The notes under the pieces are model-generated. The model was given only the letters and a program-made list of their open reading frames with translations. It was not told where the DNA came from and did no database searches. Of a stretch of 64,000 nt of DNA, positions 40,828-54,200 are shown one piece after another. Position numbers and translations under genes: made by a program. This DNA comes from the human T2T-CHM13v2.0 reference genome, Homo sapiens, in NCBI RefSeq assembly GCF_009914755.1, contig NC_060931.1; one strand, written 5' to 3'. Position 1 is the stretch's first letter. Every line of letters begins with the position of its first letter.

Positions 40828-43800
40828 TTTCTAGTTTTCATCTGAAGATATTTCCTTTTTCAAAATTGGCCTCAATGCACTGTGAAATATCTCTTCAGAG
40901 ATTCTACAAAAACAGTGGTTCCATACTGCTCAATCAAAAGAAAGGTTTAACTCGGTGAGATGAATGCACAATTCACAAAGCAGTTTCTGAGAAAGTTACT
41001 TTCTAGTTTTTATCTGAAGATATTTCCTTTTACACCATAGGCCTCAATATGCTCCCTAATATCCCTTCTCAGATGCTACCAAAACAGTGTTTCCAAACTG
41101 CTCAATCCAAAGAAAAGTTTATCTCTGTGAGATGAATGCACACATCAGAAAGCAGTTTCTCAGAAAACTTCTTTCTTGTTTGTACCTGAAGATATATCCA
41201 TTTTCAACATAGGCCTCAATAAGCTCCCTAATATGCCTTCTCAGATTCTGCCAAAACAGTGTTTCCAAACTGTTCCATCCAAAGAAAAGTTTAACCCTAT
41301 GAGATGAAGACACACATCACAAAGCAGTTTCTCAGAAACCTTTTCAAGTTTGCATCTGAAGACATGTCCTTTTTCACAATAAGCCTCAAAGCCCTCCCTA
41401 ATATTACTTTGCAGATTCTACAGAATCAGTGTTTCCAAACTGCTCCATCAAAAGAAAGGTTTAACTCTGTGAGATGAAGGAACACATCACAGAGCAGTGT
41501 CTCTGAATGTTTCTTTCTACTTTTTCTGTGAAGTTAATTTCTTTTTCACCATAGGCCTGAATGCACTCCCAAAAATCCTGTTACAGATTCTACAAAATTG
41601 AGTGTTTCCAAACTTCTCAATCAAAAGAAAGTTTACCTCTGTGAGATGAATGCACACAACACAAAGCAGTGTTTCAGAAAGCTTCTTTCTAGTTTTTATG
41701 TGAAGATATTTCCTTTTTGACCATAAGGGTCAAAGGGTTCCCAAACATCACTTTACAGTTTCTACAAAAGCAATCTTTCCAAACTGCTCAATCAAAAGAT
41801 AGCTTTAACTCTGTGAGATAAATGCACACATCACACATCACAAAGCAGTTTCTCAGAAAGATTTCTGCTAATTTGTATCTGAAAATATAACCTTTTTCAC
41901 CAAGTTTATCTCTGTGAGATGAATCCACACATCCAAAAGCAGTTGGTCAGAAAGCGTCTTTCTGGTTTGTATCTGAAGATATATCCTTTTTCACCATAGG
42001 CCTCAAAGCACTCCCTAATATCACTTCACAGTTTCTACGAAAAAAGAGTTTCCAAACTGCTCAATCCAAAGAAAGGTTTATCTCTATGACATGAATGTAC
42101 ACACCTCAAAGCAGTGTCTCAGTATGTTTCTTTCTAGTTTTTATGTGAAGATATTTCATTTTTCACCCAAAGACTGGATGGGCTCCCCAGTATCCCTTGG
42201 CAGATTCTACAAAAGCAGTCTTTCCAAACTGCTAAATCCAAAGTAAGGTTTAACTCTGCGAGATGAATGCACACATCATAAAGCAGTTTCTCAGAAGGTT
42301 TCTTTCTAGTTTGTATCTGAAGATATTTCCTTTATCACCATAGACCTCAAGGCTTTCCCAAATATACCTTTGTGGACTCTACAAAAGCAGTGTTTGCAAA
42401 CTGCTCTATCAAAAGAAAGGTTTAACTCTATGAGTTGAATGCACACATTACAAAGCCGTCTCACAGAAACCTTCTTTCTAGTTTGTATCTGAAGATATTT
42501 CCTTTTCAAAATAGGCCACAATGGGCTCCCAAATATCACTTTGTAGATTCGACAAAAACAGTGTTTCCAAACTGTTCAAACAAAAGAAAGGTTTAACTCT
42601 GTGAGATGAATGTACAATTCACAAAGCAGTTTCTGAGAAACTTATTTTCTAGTTTCTATCTGAAGATATTTGCTTTCTCACCATTGGCCTCAAAGTGCTC
42701 CAAAATATCTCTTTGGAGATTCTACAAAAACAGTGGTTCCAAACTGCTCAATCAAAAGAAAGGTTTAACTCTGTGAGATGAATGCACAATTCACAGAGCA
42801 GTTTCTGAGAAAGTTACTTTCTCATTTTTATCTGAAGATATGTCCTTTATCACCATATGCCTCAAGGCTTTCCCAAATATACATTTGCAGATTATATAAA
42901 AGCAGTGCTTGTAAACTGCTCTATCAAAAGAATGGTTAATTCTATGACGTGAATGTACACATCACAAAGCAGTTTCTCAGAAAGGCCCTTTCTAGTTTGT
43001 ATCTGAAGATATTTCCCTTTTAACCATAGGCCTCAATGGGCTCCCAAATATCACTTCGTAGTTTCTATAAAAGCAGTGTTTCCAAACTGCTCAAACAAAA
43101 GAAAGTTTTAACCCTGTTAGATGAATGCACAGTTCACAAAGCAGCTTCTAAGAAAGTTACTTTCTAGTTTTTATATGAAGATATTTCCTTTTCACCATTG
43201 GCCTCAAAGTGCTCTGAAATATCTCCTCAGAGATTCTACAAAAACAGTGGTTATAAAATGTTCAATCAAAAGAAAAGTTTAACTCTGTGAGATGAATGCA
43301 CCATTCACAAAGCAGTTTCTGTGAAAGGTGCTTTCTAGTTTTTATCTGAAGATATTTCCTTTATCACCATAGGCCTCAAGGCTTTCCAAAATATGCCTTT
43401 GCAGATTCTACAAATGCAGTGCTTGCAATCTGCTCTATCAAAAGAAAAGTTTAACTCTATGAGATGAATGTACACATCACAAAGCAGTTTCTCAGAAAAT
43501 CCCCTTCTAGTTTGTATCTGTAGATATTTCCCTTTTCACCATAGGCCTCAATGGGCTCCCAAATATCACTTTGTAGATTCTACAAAAACAGTGTTTCCAA
43601 ACTGCTCAAACAAAAGAAAAGTTTTACTCTGCCAGATGAATGGACACATCACAAAGCAGTTTCTCAGAAAGTTTCTTTCTACTTTGTATCTGAAGGTATT
43701 TCCTTTATCATCATAAGCCTCAAGTCTTTCCCAAACACACCTTTGGAGATTCTACAAAAGCAGTGTTTGCAAACTGCTGTATCAAAAGGTATGTTTAACT

Positions 43801-46800
43801 CTATGAGGTGAATGTACCCATCACAAAGCAGTTTCTCGGAAAGTCCCTTTCTAGTTTGTATCTGAAGATATTTCCCTTTTCACCATAGGCCTCAGTGGGC
43901 TCCCAAATATCACTTCATAGATTCTACAAAAACAGTGGTTCCAAACTGCTCAATCAAAAGAAAGGTTTACCTCTGTGAGATGAATGCACAATTCACAAAG
44001 CAGTTTCTGAGAACGTTACTTTCTAGTTTTTGTCTGATGATATTTCCTTTTTCACCATAGGCCTCAATGCACTCTGAAATATCTCTTCGGACATTCTACA
44101 AAATCAGTAGTTCTTTTTTGCTCAATCAAAAGAAAGGTTTAACTCTGTTAGATGTATGCACAGCTCACAAAGGAGTTTCTGAGAAAGTTACTTTCTAGTT
44201 TTTGTCTGATGATATTTCCTTTTTCACCATAGGCCTCAATGCACTCTGAAATATCTCTTTGGACATTCTACAAAATCAGTAGTTCTTTTCTGCTCAATCA
44301 AAAGAAAGGTTTAACTCTGTTAGATGAATGCACAGCTCACAAAGCAGTTTCTGAGAAAGTTACTTCTAGTTTTTATCTGAAGATATTTCCTTTATCACCA
44401 CGTGCCTCAAGGCTTTGCCAAATATACCTTCACAGATTCTACAAAAACGGTGCTTGCAAACTGCTCTATCAAAGGAAAGTTTTAACTTATGAGATAAACG
44501 TACACATAACAAAGCAGTTTCTCAGAAACCCCCTTTCTAGTTTGTATCTGAAGATATTTCACTTTTCACCATAGGCCTCAATGGGCTCCCAAATATGACT
44601 TCGAAGATTCTACAAAACCAGTGTTTCCAAACTGCTCAAACAAAAGAAAGGTTTAACTCTGTGAGATGAATGCCCAATTCACAAAGCAGTTGCTGAGAAA
44701 GTTACTTTCTAGTTTTTATTTGAAGATATTCCCTTTTTCACCATTGGCTTCAATGTGCTCTGAAATACCTCTTCAGAGAATCTACAAAAAGAGTAGTTCC
44801 AAACTTCTCAATCAAAAGAAAGGTTTAATTCTGTGAGATGAATGCACAAATCAAAAAGAAGTTTCTGAGGAAGTTACTTTCTGGTTTTTATGTGAAGATA
44901 TTTCCTTTATCACCTTAGGCCTCAAGGCTTTCCCAAATATAACTTCACAGATTCTACAAAAACAGTGCTTGCAAACTGCTCTATCAAAAGAAATGTTTAA
45001 ATCTATGTGATGAATGTACACATTCCAGAGCAGTTTCTCAGAAAGTCCCTTTCTAGTTTGTATCTGAAGATACTTCCCTTTTCACCATAGGCCTCAATAG
45101 GCTCCAAAATATCCCTTCACAGATTCTTCAAAAAAAATCATTTCCAAACTGCTCAAACAAAAGAACAGTTTAACTCGGTGAGATGAATGCCCCATCCCTT
45201 CTAAGATGATACCAAAACAGTGTTTCCAAACTGCTCAATCAAAAAAAGGTTTAACTGTATGAGACAAAGGTACACGTCAGAAAGCAGTTTCCCACAAACC
45301 TTTCAAATTTGTATCTGAAGATATGTCCTTTTTCACAATAGGCCTCAAAATGCTCTATAATATTACTTTGCAGATTCTACAGTGTTTCCAAACTGCTCCA
45401 ACAACAGAAAGGTTCAACTCTGTGAGATGAATGAACACATCTCAAAGCTGTGTATCTGAATGTTTCCTTCTAGTTTTTCTGTGAAGATGTTTCCTTTTTA
45501 ACCATAGGCCTGAATGCAATACCAATAATCCTATTACAGTTTCCACAAAATTGAGTGTTTCCAAACTTTTCAATCAAAAGAAAATTTTAACTCTGTGAGA
45601 TGAATGCACATATCACAAAGCAGTTTCTCAGAAAGCTTCTTTCTAGTTTTTATATGAAGATATTTCCTTTTTGACCTTAAGGGTCAAAGGGCTCCCAAAT
45701 ATCCCTTTGCAGATTCTACAAAAACAATCTTTCCAAACTGCTCAATCAAAAGAAAGCTTTAACTCTGTGAGATGAATGCACACATCATAATGCAGTTTCA
45801 CAGAAAGATTTCTTCTAATCTGTATTGAAGATATAACTTTTTCACCAAAGGCCTCATTGGGCCCAAAAATATCCTTTTCAGATTCTATAAAAACAGCCTT
45901 TCCAAACTCCTCCATCAAAAGAACGTTTAATCTCTGTGAGATGAATCCACACATCTAAAAGCCATTCCTCACAAAGCGTCTTTCCAATTTGTATCTGAAG
46001 ATATTTCCTTTCTCACCATAGGCCTCAAAGCACTCCCTAATATCACCTTGCAGTTTCTACAAAAACAGACTTTCTAAACTGCTCAATCCAAAGAAAGGTT
46101 TATCTCTATGAGATGTATGTATACATCTCAAAGCAGTGTCTCAGAATGTTTCTTTCTAGTTTTTATGTGAAGATATTTCATTTTTCACCCTGACTGAATG
46201 GGCTCCCCAATATCCCTTGGCAGATTCTACCAAAACAGTCTTTGCAAACTGCTGAATTCAAGGAAAGGTTTAACTCAGCGAGATGAATGCACACATCACA
46301 AAGCAGTTTCTCAGAAAGTCTCTTTCTAGTTTGGATCTGAAGGTATTTCCCTTTCACCATAAGCTTCAATGGGCTCCCAAATATTACTTTGTAGATTCTA
46401 CAAAAACAATGTTTCCAAACTGCTCAAACAAAAGAAAAGTTTAACTCTGTGAGACGAATGCACAATTCACAAAGCGGTTTCTGAGAAAATTACTTCCTAC
46501 TTTTTATCTGAAGATATTTCCTTTTTCACCATTGGCCTCAATGCACTTAGAAATATCTCTTCAGAGATTCCACAAAAACAGTCATCCCATACTACTCAAA
46601 CAAAAGAAAGGTTTAACTTTGTGAGATGAATGCACAATTCACAAAGTAGTTTCTAAGAAAAGTACTTACTATTTTTTATCTGAAGTTATTTCCTTCATCA
46701 CCATAGACATCAAGGCTTTCCCAAGTATACCATCACAGATTCTACAAAAGCCGTGCTTGCAAACTGCTCTATCAAAGGAAAGGCTTACCTCTATGAGATG

Positions 46801-49800
46801 AATGTACACATCACAAAGCAGTTTCTCAGAAATTCTCTTTCCAGTTTGTACCTGAAGATATTTCTCTTTTCGCCATAAACCTCAATGGGATCCCAAATAT
46901 CACTTCGTAGATTTGACAGAAACAGTGTTTCCAAGCTGCTCCAACGAAAGAAAAGTTTAACTCTGTGAGATGAATGCACAATTCACAAAGCAGTTTCTGA
47001 TTAAGTTACTTTCTAGTTTTTATCTGAAGATATTTCATGTTTCACCATTGGCCTCAGTGCGCTCTGAAATATCTCTTCGGAGATTCTACAAAAACAGTGG
47101 TTCCAAACTGCTGAATCAAAAGAAAAGTTTAACTCCGTGTGATGAATGCACAATTCACAAGGCAGTTTCTGAGAATGTTACTTTCTAGTTTTTATCTGAA
47201 TATATTTCATTTATCACCAATGGCCTCAAGGCTTTCTGAAATATACCTTCACAGATTCTTCAAAAGCAGTGCTGGCAAACTGCTCTATCAAAAGAAAGGT
47301 TTAACTCTATGACATGAATGTACACATCACAAAGCAGTTTCTCAGAAAGTCCCTTTCTAGTTTTTATCTGAAGATATTTGCCTTTTCACCTTAGGCCTTA
47401 ATGGGCCCTGAAATATCACTTCATAGATTCTACAAAAACAGTGGTTCCAAACTGCTCAATGAAGATAAAGGTGTAACTCTGTGAGATGAATTCACAATTC
47501 ACAAAGCAGTTTCTGAAAATGTTACTTTCTAGTTTTTATCTGAAGATATTTCCTTTTTTGCCATAGGCCTCATTATGTTCCCTAATATACCTTGTCAGAT
47601 TCAACCAAAACAGTGTTTCCCAACTGCTCAATCAAAAGAAAGTTATAACCCTGTGTAATGAATGCACACATCAGAAAGCAGTTTCTCAGAAAACTTCTTT
47701 CTAGTTTGTACCTGAAGTTTTATCCATTTTCAATGTAAGCCTCAGTACGCTCCCTAATGTCCCTTCTCAGATACTGCCAAAACAGTGTTTCCAAACTGTT
47801 CAATCCAAAGAAAGGTTTAACTCTCTTTGACAAATGCACACGTCAGAAAGCAGTTTCTCAGAAACCTTCTTTCAAGTTTGTATCTGAAGATATGTCCTTT
47901 TTTACAGGGGGACTCAAAGCGTTTCTTAATATTACTTCACAGATTCTTCAGAAACAGTGTTTCCAAACTGCTCAATTAAAAGAAATGTGTAACTCTGTGA
48001 GATGAATGAATACATCTCAAAGCAGTGTCTCTGAATCTTTCTTTGTAGTTTTTATGTCAAGATATTTCCTTTTTACCATAGGCCTGAAGGCACTCCTGAA
48101 AATCCCATTACATATTCTTCAAAATTGAGTGTTTCCAAACTTCTCAATCAAAAGAAAGGTTTAACTCTGTGAGATGAATGTTAACACCACAAAGGAGTTT
48201 CTCAGAAAGCTTCTTTCTAGTTTTTATATGAAGATATTTCCTTTTTGACCAAAAGGGTCAAAGGGCTCCCAAATATCCCTTTGCAGATTCTACAAAAACA
48301 GTCTTTCCAAACTGCTCAATCAAAAGAAAGCTTTAACTCTGTGAGATGAATGCACACGTCATAAAGCAGTTTCTCTGAAAGATTTCTTCTAGTTTGTATC
48401 TGAAGATATAATCTTTTCCACTAAAGGCCACATTGGGCTCACCCATATCCCTTTTCAGATTCTACAGAAACAGCCTTTTCAAACTCCTCCATCAAAACAA
48501 AGGTTTAACTCTGTGAGATGCATGCACACATTCAAAACTAGTTTCTCTGAAAGCATCTTTCCAGTTTGTATCTGAAGATATTTCCTTTTTCACCATAGGC
48601 CTCAATGCACTCCCTAATATCACTTCGTAGATTCTACAAAAACAGAGTTTTCAAACTGCTCCATCCAAAGAAAGGTTTATCTCTGTGAGTTGAATGCACA
48701 CATCTCAAAGCAGTGTCTCAGAATGTTTCTTTCTAGATTTTATGTGAAGATATTTCATTTTTCACCCTAAGACTTAATGGGCTCCCAAATATCCCTTGGC
48801 AGATTCTACAAAAGCATTCTTTCTAAACTGCTGAACCCAAAGAAAGGTTTAACTCTGTGAGATAAATGCACACATCACAAAGGAGTTTCTCAGAAAGTTT
48901 CTTTCTAGTTTGTAACTGAAGATATTTCCTTTATCACCACAGGCCTCAAGGCTTTCCCAAATATACTTTCACAGATTCTACAAAAGCAGTGTTTGCAAAC
49001 TGCCTTATAAAAAGAAAGTTTAACTCTGTGAGATGAATGCACACATCACAAAGCAGTTTCTCAGGAAGACGTCTTCTAGTTTGTATCTGAAGTTATGAAC
49101 TTTTTTACCAAAGCCTCATTGAGCTCACAAATATCCCTTTTCAGATTCTACAAAAACAGCCTTTCCAAACTCTTCCATCAAAACAAAAGTTTAACTCTGT
49201 GAGATGCATGCACACATTCAAAAGCAGTTTCTCAGAAAGCATTTTTCCAGTTTGTATCTGAAAGTATTTCCTTTTTCATCATAGGCTTCAAAGTGCTCCC
49301 TAATATCACTTCACAGATTCTACAAAAACAGAGTGTCCAAACTGCTCCATCCAACGATTGCATTATCTCTGTGATTTGAATGCACACATCTCAAAGCAGT
49401 GTCTCTGAATGTTTCTTTCTAGTTTTTATGTGAAGATATTTCATTTTTTTACCCTAAGACTCAATGGGCTCTCACATATCCCTTGGCAGATTCTACAAAA
49501 GCATTCTTTCCAAACTACTCAACCCAAAGAAACGTTTAACTCTGCAAGATGAATGCACACATCACAAAGCAGTTTCTGAGGAAGTTACTTTCTAGTTTTT
49601 ATGTGAAATATTTCCTTTATCACCATAGGCCTCAAGGCTTTCCCAAATACACCTTCACAGATTCTTCAAAAGCAGTGTTTGAAATCTGTGCTATCAAAAA
49701 AGGTTTAACTCTATGGGACGTATGTATACATCACAAAGTAGTTTCTCAGAAAGTCCCATTCTCGTTTGTATCTGAAGATATTTCCCTTTTCACCATAGGC

Positions 49801-51297
49801 CTCAATGGGCTCCCAAATATCACTTCATAGATTCTACAAAAACAGTGTTTCCAAACTGCTCAAACAAAAAAAGTGTAACTCTCTGAGATGAATTCAAAAT
49901 TCACAAAGCAGTTGCTGAAAAAGATACTTTCTAGTTTTTATCTGAAGATATTTCCTTTTTCACCATTGGCCTCAATGCACTCAGAAATATCACTTCGGAG
50001 ATTCTTCAAAAACAGTGGTTCCAAACTGCTCTATCAAAAGAAAGGTTTAACTCTGTGGGATGAATGCACAATTCACAGAGCAGTTTCTGAGAAAGTTACT
50101 TTGCAGTTTTTATCTGAAGATATTTCCTTTATCACCATAGGCCTCAAGGCTTTCCCAAATATACCTTCGCAGATTCTACAAAAGCAGTGTTTTCAAACTG
50201 CTCTATCAAAAGAAAGGTTTTAACTCAATGACATGAATGTACAAATCACAACGCAGTTTCTCAGAAAGTCCCTTTCTAGTTTTTATCTGAAGATATTTCC
50301 CTTTTCACCGTAGGCCTCAATGGGCTCCCAAATATCACTTTGTAGATTCTACAAAAACAGTGTTTCCAAACTGCTCAATCAAAAGGAAGATTTAACTCTG
50401 TGAGATGAATGCACAATTCACAAAGCAGTTTCTGAGAACGTTACTCTCTAGTTTGTATTTAAAATATATGTATAAAAATATTTTTTCTTTTTCACCAAAG
50501 GTCTCAATACGCTCCTTAATATCTGTTCTGAGATTCAAGCAAAACTGATAAATCAAAAGACAGGTATAACTCTGTGTAATGAATGTACACATCAGAAAGC
50601 AGTTTTTTAGAAAACTTCTTTGTAGTGTGTACCTGAAGATATATCCATTTCCAACATAGGCCTCAATACGCTCCCTAATATCCCTTCTCTGATTCTGCCA
50701 AAACAGTGTTACCAATCTGTTCAATCAAAAGAAAGGTTTCACTCCATGAGATGAAGGCACACTTCACAAAGCAGTTCCTCAGAAACCTTCTTTCAAGTTT
50801 TTATCTGAAGATAAGTCCTTTATCACAATAGGCCTCAAAATGCTCCCTAATATTACTTCATAGATTCCTCAGAAACAGTGTGTCCAAACTGCTCAAACAA
50901 CAGAAAGGTTTAACTTTGTGAGATGAATGAACACATCTCAAAGAAGTGTCTCCGAATGTTTCTTTCTAGTCTTTCTGTGAAGATATTTCCTTTTTCAACA
51001 TAGGTCTGAATGCACTCCCAAAAACCCCTTTACAGATTCTACAAAATTGAGTGTTTCTAAACTTCTCAAAGAAAAGAAAGGTTTAACTCTGTGAGATGAA
51101 TGCACACATCACAAAGCAGTTTCTCAGAAAGCTTCTTTCTCGTTTTTATATGAAGATATTTCCTTTTTGACCATAAGGGTCAAAGGGCTCCCAAATATTC
51201 CTTTGCAGATTCTACAAAAACAGTCTTTCCAAACAGCTCAATCAAAAGAAAGCTTCAACTCTGTAAGATGAATGCACACATCACAAAGCAGTTTCTC
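40828..51297 (-). repeat. Alpha satellite block 3: divergent, length-variable HOR (~15-23 monomers)
   Basis: Marker gggtcaaaggg at 41727, 45681, 48255 and 51177, each preceded by an aaattgagtg monomer; neighbour order is conserved. Confidence 0.9.
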
Positions 51298-54200
51298 AAA
51301 AAGCTTCTTTATAGGTTTTATCTGAATACATTTCTATTTTCACCATAGGCTTCATAGCGCTCCCAAATATCCCTTTGCAGATTCTACAAAACCATTGTTT
51401 CAAAACTGCTCAATAAAAAGAAACGTTTAACTCTGTGAGATGAATGCACACATCACAGAGCAGTTTCTCAGAAAGTTTCTAAGTCTTCCCTGAAGATACT
51501 TCCTTTTCCACCATAGGCCTCAAGTTGCTCCCAAATATCCTTTTGTAGATTCTACAAAAACAGTGTTTCCAAACTGTTCCATCAAAAGAAGGACTTGTCT
51601 CTTTGAGATGAATGCACACATCAGAAATCAGTTTCTCATAATGCTTCTTTCCAGTTTTTATCTGAAGATATTTCCTTGTTCACCACTGGCCTTTTTGCGG
51701 TACCTAACATCACTTCACAGATTATACAAAAACAGGATTTCCCAACTGCTCAGGCAAAACAAAAGTTTAACTCTGTGGGATGAATGCATACATCACAAAA
51801 GAGTTTCTCAACAAGCTTCTTTCCAGTTTTTATCTGAAGATATTTACATTTTCACCATAGGCATCAGTGCCCTCCCAAATATCCCTTTGCAGATTCTAGA
51901 AAAACAGTGTTTCCGTACTGCTAAATCAAAAGAAAAGTTTAACTCTGTGAGAAGATTGCACACATTTCAATGTGGTTTCTCTACAAGTTTCTTTTCAGTT
52001 TTTATCAGAAGTTATTTCCTTTTCCACCACAGGCCTCATGAGCTTCCACATATCTCTTCCGGATTCTACAAAAAACAGTGTTTCCAAACTGCTCAATCAA
52101 AAAAGAGGTTTAACTCTGTGACTTTAATGCACACATCACAAAGCAGTTTCTCAAAAAGCTTCTTTCAAGTTTTTATCCGAAGATACATCCTTTTTCACCA
52201 CAGGCCTCAGTGCGCTCCCAAATATACATTTGCAGATTCTACAAAAACAGCATTTCCAAACTGCTCAATGAAAAAAATGTTTTAACTCTGTGAGATGAAT
52301 GCACACATCACAAAGCAGTTTCTCAGATAGCTTCTGTATAGTACTTCTCTGAAGATATTTCCTTTTCCAACCTAGGCCTGAATGCACTCCCAAATATCCC
52401 TTCGCAGATTCTATAAAAAGTGTTTCCCAACTGTTCCTTCAAAAGAAGGATTTAACTATGTGAGGTGAATGCACATATCAGAAAGCAGTTTCTCATAACG
52501 CTTCTTTACGGTTTTTAACTGAATATATTTTCTTGTTCACTATAGGGCTTTTTGTGCTACAAAACATCGCTTTGCAGATTATACTAAAACAGTGTTTCCA
52601 AACTGCTCAGTCAAAAAAATGTTTAACTCTGTGAGATGAATGCACACATCACAAAGCAGTTTCTCAGAAAGCTTCTGACTAGTTCTCTGTAGATAATTTC
52701 TTTTCCACCATAGGACTCAAGGCACTCCAAAATATCCCTTCACAGATTCCACAAAAACAGTGTTTCCAAGATGTTCCATCAAAAGAAAGAAACTCTGTGA
52801 GAACACACACATCAGAAAGCAGTTTCTCATAACGATTCCTTCCAGTTTTTATCTGAAGTTATTTATTTCCTTGTTCAATATAGGCCTTTTTGCACTACCT
52901 AACATTGCATTGCAGATTATACAAAAACAGTGTTTTCAAACTGTTCAGTGAAAAGAAATTTTTAACTATGTCAGATGAATGTATACATCATAAACAGTTT
53001 CTCAAAAAACTTCTTTCTAGTTATCTGAAGATATTTCCTTTTTCACCATAGGCATCAGTGCACTCTGAAATATCCATTTGCAGATTCTAAAAACCAGTGT
53101 TTCCAAACTGCTCCATCAAGAGAAATGTTTAACTCTCTGTGAAGATTGCACACCTCACCAAGTGACTTCTCTGAAAGATTCTTTCCAATATTTATCTGAA
53201 GATATTTCCTTTTTCAATGTAGGCTTTTTTTGTGCTACCTAATATTTCTTCACAGATATTGCAAAAACAGCACTTCCAACTGCTCAGTCAAAAGAGTGTT
53301 TTATGTGAGATGAATGTATACATCACAAAGCAGTTTCTCAAAAATCTTCTTTCTAGTTTTTATCCAAAGGTATTTCCTTTTCACCATAGGCTTCAATGCT
53401 CTCCAAAATGTCCCATCACAGATTCTACAAAAACATGTTTCAAAACTGTTCCAATAAAAGGACTTAACTCTGTGAGATGAATGCACACATCAGAAAGCAG
53501 TTTCTCATATCGCTTCTTTCCAGTTTTTATCTGAAGATATTTCCTTGTTCACCATAGGCTTTTTTCCAATACCAAAGATCTCTTGGCAGATTTTGCAAAA
53601 ACAGTGTTTCCAAACTGCTCAGTCAAAAGAAAGTTTAACTCTGTGAGACGAATGCACACATCACAAAGCAGTTTCTCAAAAAGCTTCTTTCCAGTTTTTG
53701 TCCAAAAAGTATTTCCTTTATCACCACAGGCTTCAGTGCACTCCCAAATATCCCATCACACATGCTACAAAAACCTTGTTTCCAAACTGCTCAATCAAAA
53801 ACAGGTTTAACACTGTGAGTTGAAAGCACACATCATAAAGCAGTTTCTCAAAAACATTCTTTCTAGTTTTTATCCAAAGATATATCCTTTTTCACCTTAG
53901 GCTTCTATGCACTGTCAAATATCCCTTCGCAGATTCCACAAAAACAGTGTTTCCAAACTGCTCAATCAAAAGAAACGTTACTCTGTGAGATAAATGTGCA
54001 CATCACAAAGTATTTTATCAGAAAGCTTCCATTTATTTTGTCTCTGAAGATATTTCCTTTTGCACCATAGACCTCAAGGCACTCCCAAATATCCCTTCAC
54101 AGATTCTAGAAAGCAGTGTTTCCAAAGTGTCCAATCATAAACAGGTTTAACTCTGTGAGTTGAACATGCACATCACAAAGCAGTTTTTCAGATAGGTTCT

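Noticed and set aside
46934-46950. CENP-B-box-like ctccaacgaaag
   Set aside because: Lacks the CCCG half of the core and is not at the box position. I saw no intact CENP-B box by eye; monomers carry the A-box/pJ-alpha-type motif.
51563-52285. 240-aa ORF and the many 60-115-aa ORFs in satellite (MNAHITK..., FPNCSIKR...)
   Set aside because: These are translations of alpha-satellite monomers; the same peptides recur in all frames with no gene structure.
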